DNA of 64,000 nt from Candidatus Zixiibacteriota bacterium (GTDB lineage: Bacteria > Zixibacteria > MSB-5A5 > GN15 > FEB-12): contig JAOUBJ010000014.1 of the NCBI GenBank assembly GCA_029860345.1, forward strand, positions 53,731 through 117,730, given 5' to 3'. Under the pieces are notes generated by a model, which did no database searches, had not been told where the DNA came from, and saw nothing but the letters and a program-made list of their open reading frames with translations. A program made the position numbers and the translations under genes. This document shows positions 16,934-25,546 of this stretch, piece by piece; within the stretch, counting starts at the first letter, position 1, and each line of letters opens with the position of its first letter.

Positions 16934-17350
16934 GTCATTCCCGCGTAGGCGGGGATCCATCTTCACTTTTGTTCCCGGCGGGTTCGAAGACGGACCCACC
17001 CTACCTTTAATACACTGCATAAGACCCACCAGCCGTTTCGCTATAGCTGCGGTAGATTCACCACCGCACGGAGCGCGCAAAACAGGCTTGCCTGTCACCC
17101 TGAGCGCAGTCGAAGGGTGAACCATCTATCTGACCTATCCCACACCACGACTGCGCTCGGTGTGACATCGACGCATATTGTCCAGCCAATCCTCGCAGTA
17201 GGTCAGGAGCCCAGTGCTCCTGACTCTCTCGGCAGGTCTGAAAACAGACCCGCACTACCGCATTCCAGTGGCGGGCTCACGCCGCGGCGTGCAGGCGAAG
17301 GCGGACCCGCCCTACGAATTGTGCCCGCGTGATCTTCAGATCGCGTGGGT
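16934..17350. repeat. Mosaic of interspersed short repeat modules
   Basis: The region holds gtcattcccgcgtaggcggggatcc at 16934-16962, a short 46-bp-module variant at 16977-17006 and gtcaccctgagcgcagtcgaagggtg near 17093. The full 46-bp module is at 17270-17315 and the hairpin module at 17321-17350. Confidence 0.85.
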
Positions 17351-17394
17351 CCTCAAGTGGTGTCGGTCGACCGCGCCCGACACCTGCTTTTCGC

Positions 17395-19368
17395 CTACTT
17401 CTTCGCAACACCCTTGAAAGCCAACCGGGCCAACATCAGGGTCAGCAGACTGAAAGCAATCAGACCGATCCACGGACCCCACGAACCGGAGAGTGTATCA
17501 AGCATACCCTCGTGTTCGTTGTAGAAGTGCTCGTATGTCGCCCACGATCCGATCATGAAAGCTACGGCCACTCCAATCAGAGCGTCACCAGCCACCATGC
17601 CCGAAGCAAACAATGTCCCGGCCAGGTTTTTGGCGCCATACTCCTCTTTGCGAACGTACTTTTTGACCAGCATGGCCACCAGCCCGCCAGTCATTATCGG
17701 CGTCGACAACGAGAGTGGCAGATAAAGACCGATCGCGAACGGCAACGACGAAATGCCCAGTAATTCAACCGCGAGGGCAATAAAGCCGCCTACAATAATC
17801 GGTTGCCATGGCAGATTGGCGTTCATGATTCCCTGCACGACCACCGCCATCACATTGGCCTGCGGCGCCAAAAGCGGGTCGCGCACTGTGGCGCCTTCGA
17901 CGAATCCGAATGCTTCGTTCAGATAGTACAGAGTGAAACCCATAGCCAGGGCCGGAAACAGAAGTCCTATAAACTCGGTCAACTGTTGCCGCCACGGTGT
18001 GGCGCCGAGCAGGTAGCCGGTCTTCAAATCCTGTGCAATATCGCCGGACATACAGACAGCGATACAAACGACAGCACCCACCGACATCGCGGTGACCATT
18101 CCCTCGACTCCCTCGACGCCGAAGTAAAGCAGTATCATACACGTCACAAGCAGGGTCGCGATAGTCATCCCGGATACCGGCGACGATGATGACCCCACAA
18201 TTCCTACAATCCGGGCCGCTACAACCACGAAGAAGAAGCCGAACAGCACAGCGAGTACGGCGCCGATAAAGTGAAGTTCGGTACCCGGCAGCATCCAGAT
18301 TGCGATCACCACACCGACCACACCCAACAGCACCCACTTCATGGGCAGGTCTTTATCGGTCCGGGGTGCAGCTTCCACCGCTTCTTTGGCGCCCATCAGT
18401 TGTTTGAACCCTTTGCTGAACGATGAGATGATTACCGGGAAGGACTTTATCAGCGACACAAATCCACCAATGGCCACCGCTCCCACACCTAAGTACTTGA
18501 TATAGTTGCCACGAAGTTGTGCCGGGTCCATTTCGCTTAACGGTATTGTGCCGGGTGCAATAATGATCCCGGGGATCTGATCCCCGATAAACGACAGGAG
18601 CGGACCGATGCCCAGGTATCCAAGAACTGCGCCGCTGAGCATCAATGCGCTGATCCGTGGTCCAATGATGTATCCGACGCCCAGCAGTGCCGGCGTGGAA
18701 TCAACACCTATCGTACCGCCTTTAAGAAATCCCTTGAAATCGTAGCTTGGTGACTGCGACCAAACACGCAGCATGTCGTAGGCCATCTTGAATAACGCGC
18801 CGATAGCGATACCCCCGAAAACCATTTTCGCTTTCCCGCCACCTTCGTCTCCCGCTACGATAATCTCTGCGCAGGCCGTTCCCTCGGGAAATCTCAGTTT
18901 ACCGTGCTCGGTGTGAACAAGATACTTGCGCAAAGGGATCATCAAAAGGATACCGAGGGCGCCGCCCAACATCGACAGCCAGAATATCTGCATTTTGGAT
19001 ACTTCGTGGAAATACCCGGCTGCGGCTAGTTGCTCGTTGGCCGACCAGATAAAAAATGCCGGTATTGTGAAAATAATTCCGGCTGCGAGGGATTCACCGG
19101 CCGAGCCTACTGTTTGCACGATGTTGTTCTCCAACACAGTCACATTGCGACCGAAGAAAATGCGGAGCACAGCCATTGAGATCACCGCCGCCGGAATCGA
19201 TGCCGATACCGTCATGCCGAATTTCAATCCCAGATAGGCGTTAGCCACACCGAACAGTACTGAGATCAAAGAGCCCAGTACCAGGGCTTTTACGGTGACT
19301 TCGGCGACTGTTTTTCCGGCCGGAATGACCGGTTCGAATTTGGCGTTGTTGGCTTTGTTTTCGTCCAC
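17395..19368 (-). CDS. OPT-family oligopeptide transporter
   Basis: The 657 aa polytopic protein has an N-terminus (EVTVKALVLGSLISVLFGVANAYLGLKFGMTVSASIPAAVISMAVLR) characteristic of bacterial OPT transporters. Confidence 0.8.
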   Translation of the reverse strand: MDENKANNAKFEPVIPAGKTVAEVTVKALVLGSLISVLFGVANAYLGLKFGMTVSASIPAAVISMAVLRIFFGRNVTVLENNIVQTVGSAGESLAAGIIFTIPAFFIWSANEQLAAAGYFHEVSKMQIFWLSMLGGALGILLMIPLRKYLVHTEHGKLRFPEGTACAEIIVAGDEGGGKAKMVFGGIAIGALFKMAYDMLRVWSQSPSYDFKGFLKGGTIGVDSTPALLGVGYIIGPRISALMLSGAVLGYLGIGPLLSFIGDQIPGIIIAPGTIPLSEMDPAQLRGNYIKYLGVGAVAIGGFVSLIKSFPVIISSFSKGFKQLMGAKEAVEAAPRTDKDLPMKWVLLGVVGVVIAIWMLPGTELHFIGAVLAVLFGFFFVVVAARIVGIVGSSSSPVSGMTIATLLVTCMILLYFGVEGVEGMVTAMSVGAVVCIAVCMSGDIAQDLKTGYLLGATPWRQQLTEFIGLLFPALAMGFTLYYLNEAFGFVEGATVRDPLLAPQANVMAVVVQGIMNANLPWQPIIVGGFIALAVELLGISSLPFAIGLYLPLSLSTPIMTGGLVAMLVKKYVRKEEYGAKNLAGTLFASGMVAGDALIGVAVAFMIGSWATYEHFYNEHEGMLDTLSGSWGPWIGLIAFSLLTLMLARLAFKGVAKK

Positions 19369-20017
19369 TCTTCCTCCTGGGGTGTAAGGATGGCCGTTAT
19401 CAATGCGACTATATTATGGCGGTCGCTTGGTATGTCAAGATATTACTGGTGGTAAACCACCTCTTCGCGCTTCGCGGCGATAAATCGCTTCCTTGCGCTG
19501 CGCGCCATTCAGGTCATACTAAGCGCAGCCAGACGTTGACCGGTCGAAGGTGTAAGAAAGGCTCTGTTGAAGCACCAAAGGTATATAATGCGATGTGATG
19601 TGGAAAAAAAGACCCGGAATCGCACATTTTGCGCCGAACCATTGCGAGTATAAACCGACTAAATAGGCAAAAGTTTTAGTTTTTGAGGAACAAGTTTCGC
19701 ATCACATTGTAAAAGAATGCGTATGGTATAGGAGACCAATCACACGGGATTGGCATTGCAACGCAGGACGTAAGACTCAAAGAGGCGATAACGAAACACA
19801 AAACGCTTGACAAAAACCGAGACGAAATATAAGTTATGAATAGACCCGAATCTAAAGACCGTCGATATTATAAATCCACGTTAAGAGTTAACGGCTTCAC
19901 CGATTGCACAGGCGTATTACGGATGGACAACGGCTGCTTGGGATCATGGACGAACGGTTCCTCGAGTAGCTACAAACCAACACTATTAGCACGGGCAAAG
20001 TGCTAAGGAGGTGAACC

Positions 20018-20839
20018 TTGACAAAACGGTTTTACACACTAACGGTTGTTCTGATCGTTCTTGTGCTGCCGGCGATGGTTTTCGGTGCAGCGTCGAAGTT
20101 CGGCGTGGCCAAGGCCATTGGTGGTGAGAACAATCTCATCACGGTACCGCTGCAGATCAGCAACCAGGACAATCTAACCGCTCTGGACATTCCGCTGTCC
20201 TTCTCTGAAGGTGTGACGCTTACTGAGGTCAGTTTTGAAGACACTCGTGTCGATTACTTCGATCTCAAAGTGGCATCCATCGACAACGAGAGCAACACGG
20301 TGCTGATCGGTCTGCTCCCGCAGATGAGCAGCGTAAAGAAAGACGATCTGAAAGCCGGTACCGGCGCCATCGCCAATCTGACTTTCCAGATTGATGATCC
20401 TTCGGTCAAGGAAGTGACCTTGGAAGCGATCACGATGGAAGATCCGCATCACCAGCTTACTTTCGTCTATCATGCTTTCTCGCAGGGTGGCCAGCGCTCG
20501 ATCGCGCTTGAGCACCCCAAATTCGAAGCCGTGACGGTTTCTCTCAGTGGTGTTTCAGGATCTCCCGAAGTGCCGGAGAAGTTCAGTCTGTCACAGAACT
20601 ATCCCAACCCGTTCAACCCAAAAACCAGCGTGCAGTACAGCCTGCCGACCGCCGGTCATGTCAATCTTACTGTGTACAATGTACTCGGACAGACTGTTGT
20701 GACTTTGGTCGACCAGAAGCAGGAAGCCGGCACCTTTACGGCTGATTGGGATGCTTCGAACAATTCCAGTGGTGTCTACTTCTATCGGTTGACCACCGAC
20801 CAAAACACCGAGACGAGGAAGATGCTTCTGCTAAAATAG
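20018..20839 (+). CDS. Secreted cohesin-like domain protein with T9SS C-terminal sorting domain
   Basis: TTG start follows AAGGAGG, and a signal peptide is present. LITVPLQISNQDNLTALDIPLSFSEGVTLTEVSF fits a cohesin-type beta-sandwich pattern. The C-terminus NYPNPFNPKTSVQYSLP..VYNVLGQTV..GVYFYRL..KMLLLK is a T9SS CTD. Confidence 0.6.
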   Translation: MTKRFYTLTVVLIVLVLPAMVFGAASKFGVAKAIGGENNLITVPLQISNQDNLTALDIPLSFSEGVTLTEVSFEDTRVDYFDLKVASIDNESNTVLIGLLPQMSSVKKDDLKAGTGAIANLTFQIDDPSVKEVTLEAITMEDPHHQLTFVYHAFSQGGQRSIALEHPKFEAVTVSLSGVSGSPEVPEKFSLSQNYPNPFNPKTSVQYSLPTAGHVNLTVYNVLGQTVVTLVDQKQEAGTFTADWDASNNSSGVYFYRLTTDQNTETRKMLLLK

Positions 20840-20879
20840 CGGAGTGCTTATTGAAGTAAATTCGTTAAAGCCTACGAGC

Positions 20880-20911
20880 GACGCCCTCTCTTTTGAGAGG
20901 GCGTTTTTTTT
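20880..20911 (+). terminator. Rho-independent terminator
   Basis: The stem acgccctctc / gagagggcgt closes a tttt loop and is followed by T7. It lies 40 nt after the stop of 20018..20839. Confidence 0.8.
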
Positions 20912-20940
20912 GTGCGGGGGTGGGGTGGGGTGGGGGCAGT

Positions 20941-21040
20941 GTATTCGGGCACCCTTCGACTCCGCTCAGGGTGACGTGTGCAACGCGCGAAGCGCAGGAA
21001 GTGATTCATCACCTCATGCTGAGCGGAGTCGAAGCATGAA
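20941..21040. repeat. Interspersed repeat modules
   Basis: The region reads cacccttcgactccgctcagggtgac, gcgcgaagcgcaggaagtgattcatcacc and catgctgagcggagtcgaagcatg. Confidence 0.8.
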
Positions 21041-21074
21041 TGCAGCGTCGGTTCCTGTCATCGCGGAAAAGACA

Positions 21075-21103
21075 TTGACAATTCGGACGTTTTGGGATAT
21101 TCT
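21075..21103 (+). promoter_or_regulatory. Sigma70-like promoter candidate (TTGACA-N17-TATTCT)
   Basis: This is a sequence match only, about 135 nt upstream of 21243. Confidence 0.3.
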
Positions 21104-21242
21104 TAGCGCAGTGCAAGGTCCAATCGCGCCCTATGACCCTCAGTTGAGACGTACCTGACTCGATTTCCTGTCGTCTACTGTGGAGCCTTGCGGGTGATTC
21201 GGTAGTCTTTCCGGGTCAGACAGATTCAGAGGAGGAGTAACT

Positions 21243-23219
21243 ATGTATCCCACCACAATCATTCCGAAGCCTACACTTGTCATAGCGCTGCTCCTCATCG
21301 TCGTGGCGCCATCTGTTCTTGCCTATGACACCACATCCATCAGTTACGGCTACAGCGGTGCAGGGGCAATCTCCCCGGCTGGAGAGTACGACGTGTACTA
21401 CTTCGATGGCGAGATCGGTGATGTAGTCCTGATCCGGATGAGCGATACGGAAGACAACGGAGTCTATATTGACCCTCGGATCGAGTTGTATGATCCGAGT
21501 GGGAGCCTGATCGCATCCGATAGCACCAGCAGCTTCCAAGCCCAGGTATTAGATGTACAATTGGAAAGCACGGGCACCTTTAAAATCGTCGCCAGTGACT
21601 GGGGCGATAACGACACCCGAGCTTACGGCCTTAGCCTTCAGTGTGTGAACACAACCGGCTACGCCGAGCTTATCAGCTATGGTTACAACGGCGAGAGCAG
21701 TATCGCGTTTCTGTCCGAGATGGACGCTTACCAGTTCGATGGCACAGCCGGCGATGTCATCCTGATCCGAATGAGTGATACGGAGGACAACGGAGTCTAT
21801 ATTGATCCAAGGATCGAGTTGTATGACCACAACGGTGTTCTTGTTGCATCCCACCAGACATCCACCTTCCAGGCCAGGATTGTGGACTTCACTCTGCCGT
21901 CCACAGGCACCTACACTCTCATCGCCAGCGACATCAACGGCGAAGACGTACGAGCATACGGTTTGGGCCTTCAGTGTGTGAACACAACCGGCTACGCCGA
22001 GCTTATCAGCTATGGTTACAACGGCGAGAGCAGTATCGCGTTTCTGTCCGAGATGGACGCTTACCAGTTCGATGGCACAGCCGGCGATGTCATCCTGATC
22101 CGAATGAGTGATACGGAGGACAACGGAGTCTATATTGATCCAAGGATCGAGTTGTATGACCACAACGGTGTTCTTGTTGCATCCCACCAGACATCCACCT
22201 TCCAGGCCAGGATTGTGGACTTCACTCTGCCGTCCACAGGCACCTACACTCTCATCGCCAGCGACATCAACGGCGAAGACGTACGAGCATACGGTTTGGG
22301 CCTTCAGTGTGTGAACACAACCGGCTACGCCGAGCTTATCAGCTATGGTTACAACGGCGAGAGCAGTATCGCGTTTCTGTCCGAGATGGACGCTTACCAG
22401 TTCGAAGGCACAGCCGGTGATGTCATCCTGATCCGAATGAGTGATACGGAGGACAACGGAGTCTACATTGATCCGCAGATCGAGTTGTATGACCACAACG
22501 GTGTTCTTGTTGCATCCCACTGGACATCCACCTTCCAGGCCAGGATTGTGGACTTCACTCTGCCGTCCACAGGCACCTACACTCTCATCGCCAGCGACAT
22601 CAACGGCGAAGACGTACGTGCTTACGGTTTGGGCCTTCAGTGTGTGAACTGCTTTGGAATCTTGCCAACGATAAGATATAGCACCTGTGATACTGGCAGG
22701 GTCGCTCTGCTATCCGAGATGGACGGTTTTCAATTCGTGGGGTCCGCAGGTGACAGTGTCATCATCCGGATGAGCGACGGCTATGGTAACGGCGTGTATA
22801 TTGACCCTCGAATCGAACTATTTGATCCTGATGGTGAGAGACTGGCAGACACCGCCACAACAGGTGCTGAGGGCAGCCTCGAAGTCAAGATAGACGGAAG
22901 CGGCCTTCACACAGTAATTATGAGCGACTTTGGCGGAGATGACTCTCGCGCTTATGATTTCTCCCTGTGCAATCCCGATCCTGAAGGATGCTACGGGATA
23001 CGCGGGAATGTCAATGGTTCCAGGTGTGACTGCAATATTATTGATATCAGCGATCTTGTCTTTCTGATCGATTACATGTTCCAGAACGGCCCAGAGCCGC
23101 CCAACTGGGACGAGGCCGACATCAACGGCTCAGGGACTTTGCCTATTGACATCAGCGATCTGGTATACTTGATCGATTACATGTTCAGTGGCGGTCCACC
23201 GCCGCCGGATTGTCCGTAG
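21243..23219 (+). CDS. Secreted protein with six PPC-like (pre-peptidase C-terminal type) beta-sandwich repeats and a C-terminal dockerin-like double segment
   Basis: AGGAGG is followed by ATG, and a signal peptide is present. A roughly 111 aa unit (YDxYxFxGxAGDVxLIRMSD..YIDPRIELYD..GTYTLIASD..RAYGLxLQCV) occurs six times. The tail reads NVNGS..IDISDLVFLIDYMF and DINGSGTLPIDISDLVYLIDYMF. Confidence 0.7.
   Translation: MYPTTIIPKPTLVIALLLIVVAPSVLAYDTTSISYGYSGAGAISPAGEYDVYYFDGEIGDVVLIRMSDTEDNGVYIDPRIELYDPSGSLIASDSTSSFQAQVLDVQLESTGTFKIVASDWGDNDTRAYGLSLQCVNTTGYAELISYGYNGESSIAFLSEMDAYQFDGTAGDVILIRMSDTEDNGVYIDPRIELYDHNGVLVASHQTSTFQARIVDFTLPSTGTYTLIASDINGEDVRAYGLGLQCVNTTGYAELISYGYNGESSIAFLSEMDAYQFDGTAGDVILIRMSDTEDNGVYIDPRIELYDHNGVLVASHQTSTFQARIVDFTLPSTGTYTLIASDINGEDVRAYGLGLQCVNTTGYAELISYGYNGESSIAFLSEMDAYQFEGTAGDVILIRMSDTEDNGVYIDPQIELYDHNGVLVASHWTSTFQARIVDFTLPSTGTYTLIASDINGEDVRAYGLGLQCVNCFGILPTIRYSTCDTGRVALLSEMDGFQFVGSAGDSVIIRMSDGYGNGVYIDPRIELFDPDGERLADTATTGAEGSLEVKIDGSGLHTVIMSDFGGDDSRAYDFSLCNPDPEGCYGIRGNVNGSRCDCNIIDISDLVFLIDYMFQNGPEPPNWDEADINGSGTLPIDISDLVYLIDYMFSGGPPPPDCP
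21635..22633 (+). repeat. Three near-identical 333-bp tandem repeats inside the CDS
   Basis: Units begin at 21635, 21968 and 22301. Units 1 and 2 look identical by eye and unit 3 differs at a few positions. The track shows identical 68 aa off-frame ORFs spaced 333 nt apart (21775, 22108, 22441). Confidence 0.9.
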
Positions 23220-23424
23220 AAGTTATGTGGGCTGGAGGCTCCCGGCGGACCATGGTTGCCCCGGCCCCTCCCCCCCCCCAACCAAAAACAGAACCAACCC
23301 ACCGCAAAATGCGAATGCGTGCTCATATAGCAGGATCAGCCTTCGACAACACCGAAAAACCGGCCCGAAAAAACGTTTTCCGCAAAACGAACCCATTTCC
23401 CTGCCGCCCAGCCTCGCTGTGTTG

Positions 23425-23575
23425 TCATGCTGGCGAAGGCCAGCATCCAGTCCTCGCTTGCAGAACTGGATTCCGGGTCAAAGTCCGAAATGACAAGGAA
23501 GCGAGCCGCACGACCCCTCGACTCCGCTCGGGGTGACATGGGCACGCGCGAAGCGCGAAAAAGTGATTCATCACC
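23425..23575. repeat. Interspersed repeat modules
   Basis: The region reads gtcatgctggcgaaggccagcatccagtc, cccctcgactccgctcggggtgac and gcgcgaagcgcgaaaaagtgattcatcacc. Confidence 0.8.
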
Positions 23576-23590
23576 GCTTAGCGCCAAAAA

Positions 23591-23663
23591 GGCAACTTGT
23601 TGCCTGCTAAAAAAATAGCATTAAAACTTGACAAATATACGACTATGTGCTAAATTTTTAGCA
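23591..23663. promoter_or_regulatory. Inverted repeats flanking or overlapping the promoter; candidate operators
   Basis: The repeats are GGCAAC-tt-GTTGCC at 23591-23604, TGCTA-N6-TAGCA at 23605-23620 and TGCTAAA-tt-TTTAGCA at 23648-23663. The last one overlaps the -10 box. Confidence 0.4.
23628..23656 (+). promoter_or_regulatory. Sigma70-like promoter candidate (TTGACA-N17-TAAATT) for the blaI/blaR1-like pair
   Basis: This is a sequence match 77 nt upstream of ATG 23733. Confidence 0.45.
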
Positions 23664-23732
23664 GAAAAGAGTGAACGTTTGGACAACTGGTACGACTAAT
23701 AGGGTAGAGACAAACAAGACAAGAAGGCAAAT

Positions 23733-24125
23733 ATGAGCAAAAAACAACTCAATCAGCTAAGTCGGCGGGAAAGACAAATCGTCGATATACTCTACCGCCA
23801 AGGTGAAGCTGCCGTCGCCGACGTGCTAAAAGCACTGCCCGATCCGCCCAGCTATTCGACCGTGAGGGCGCTTTTGGCCGTGCTGGTGGAAAAAGGATAC
23901 GTCAAACACCGTCAAAACGGGCGGCAGTATCTGTACAGCCCAACGGTCAGCCGAACCCAGGCCAGGCGAACAGCGCTCAACCATGTCGTGCAGACCTTTT
24001 TCGATGATTCGGTCGAGGACGTTGTCGCCGCCCTCATGAGTATGAAGAGCACCAAATCATCTACCACAGAGTACGAGCGACTGTCGCGTCTCATCGAAGC
24101 CAGACGCAAGAAGGGGAAGAAATGA
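23733..24125 (+). CDS. BlaI/MecI/CopY-family transcriptional repressor
   Basis: The 130 aa ORF has a winged-helix N-terminus: LSRRERQIVDILYRQGEAAVADVLKAL..YSTVRALLAVLVEKGYVKH. Confidence 0.85.
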   Translation: MSKKQLNQLSRRERQIVDILYRQGEAAVADVLKALPDPPSYSTVRALLAVLVEKGYVKHRQNGRQYLYSPTVSRTQARRTALNHVVQTFFDDSVEDVVAALMSMKSTKSSTTEYERLSRLIEARRKKGKK

Positions 24126-25546
24126 TGATCAATCTGTATGAACAAGTATGGCCCTATCTATCCTCCGGCGGCTGGTTGTTCGGGCTGCTTGGATACTTCG
24201 TAAAGTCATCGTTGATTCTGCTGGTTGCGCTTCTGGTCCAGCCGTTACTGAAGAAAAGACCGCCTGCGGTCCGTCATCTGGTGATGCGGTCGGCCTTTTT
24301 GGGTGTTGTCGCACTCACTCTATTGTGGCCGCTGTTGCCTTCATGGCAAATGAACTGGCCCGGATTCATAGCGAATGGTTGGAACACAACAGTCGCCGTG
24401 CTTCAGCCAGAGGTAACCTCACTGGCAGATTCGACAGTAGAGGCCACTAGTGTCCACTGGTCGGTGTGGGCGTTGGCAGTTTGGCTGATGGGCAGCTTGC
24501 TGGTAGGATTGAGGTATTGTTCGGGTCTGTTCTCAGCGGGGAAACTTGCTCGCGACGGGTCGCCGGTCGAAGACAAAGATACCCTGCTTGCGGCGAGACG
24601 TATCGCCAACCAGATGGACGTTCGACGACCGGTGCGGATGATTATAAACAAGCGCCTTACCGTTCCCATCGTGTTCGGCCTGTTTCGCCCCACAATCCTG
24701 CTGCCGGCCGACGCCGGCCAATGGACTCAGGAGAAGCGCGACCTCGTTCTGCGTCATGAGTTGGCCCATGTCAAACGGCTCGACAGTCTGTGGCTGCATC
24801 TGGCCGCCTGGTCGTCGATTCTGCACTGGTTCAACCCACTGGTCTGGGCGACCCGGGGCAAAATGGTGGCCGAAGCCGAGTTTGCCTGCGACGACAGCGT
24901 CCTCGAAATCGGCGTCGTGTCATCTGATTACGCACAACATCTTCTGGACTGCGCTCGTGAGGCCGGTCGGTTGGATCGTTCGGTCCGCACCGGTGTGGCG
25001 CTGGCCTATAACACTCAATTGGAGGGAAGAATCATGTCTATTCTTACCAATCGCAAACGAGCAACACTCACCACTGTCCGGCTAACCGCCTTGGTCACAG
25101 CTGTAATGTTTGCCCTTTCCTTGCCACTGGTCGGCCTAAGCTGGCAGGCTCAGGCAGGAGAAAAACCGACGCCAAAAACTCCTGCAACAGAGAAAGAGAA
25201 ACAGAAACAGGCTGAAGACGCTGCGCTGCCGGGTCCTGATGAGTTTATCGAGGTGGATACCTATCCCGAAATGACGTATCAGGAAACGCCGGTCTACCCG
25301 GTCAAGGCCAAGAAGGCTGGTATTGAGGGCGAGGTTTGGATCAAATCGCTTGTGAGCATCAAAGGGACGGTTCTCAAAGCTCAGTTGGCCAAGACTTCGG
25401 GGCAGAAGTCGATGGACAAGTCGGCCCTGAAAGCGGCCTATCAGAGTAAGTATAAACCGGCCATGCAAAAAGGCAAACCAGTGGCTGTTTGGGTGACATA
25501 TAAAGTCGCCTTTGCGCTCAGCGACAAGTCGGACTCGGACAAGTAG
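24122..25546 (+). CDS. BlaR1-like M56 peptidase/sensor with C-terminal TonB-C-like domain
   Basis: The start overlaps the blaI-like stop (ATGA). N-terminal TM helices and the HELAHVKRLD zinc motif are present. The C-terminus YPVKAKKAGIEGEVWIKSLVSIKGTV...GKPVAVWVTYKVAF resembles TonB_C. Confidence 0.75.
   Translation: MMINLYEQVWPYLSSGGWLFGLLGYFVKSSLILLVALLVQPLLKKRPPAVRHLVMRSAFLGVVALTLLWPLLPSWQMNWPGFIANGWNTTVAVLQPEVTSLADSTVEATSVHWSVWALAVWLMGSLLVGLRYCSGLFSAGKLARDGSPVEDKDTLLAARRIANQMDVRRPVRMIINKRLTVPIVFGLFRPTILLPADAGQWTQEKRDLVLRHELAHVKRLDSLWLHLAAWSSILHWFNPLVWATRGKMVAEAEFACDDSVLEIGVVSSDYAQHLLDCAREAGRLDRSVRTGVALAYNTQLEGRIMSILTNRKRATLTTVRLTALVTAVMFALSLPLVGLSWQAQAGEKPTPKTPATEKEKQKQAEDAALPGPDEFIEVDTYPEMTYQETPVYPVKAKKAGIEGEVWIKSLVSIKGTVLKAQLAKTSGQKSMDKSALKAAYQSKYKPAMQKGKPVAVWVTYKVAFALSDKSDSDK

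Noticed and set aside
21549-22520. 323 aa minus-strand ORF, plus the three identical 68 aa plus-strand ORFs at 21775, 22108 and 22441
   Set aside because: They are antisense or off-frame shadows of the 333-bp repeats inside 21243..23219. The sense frame has the RBS, the signal peptide and coherent domain repeats.
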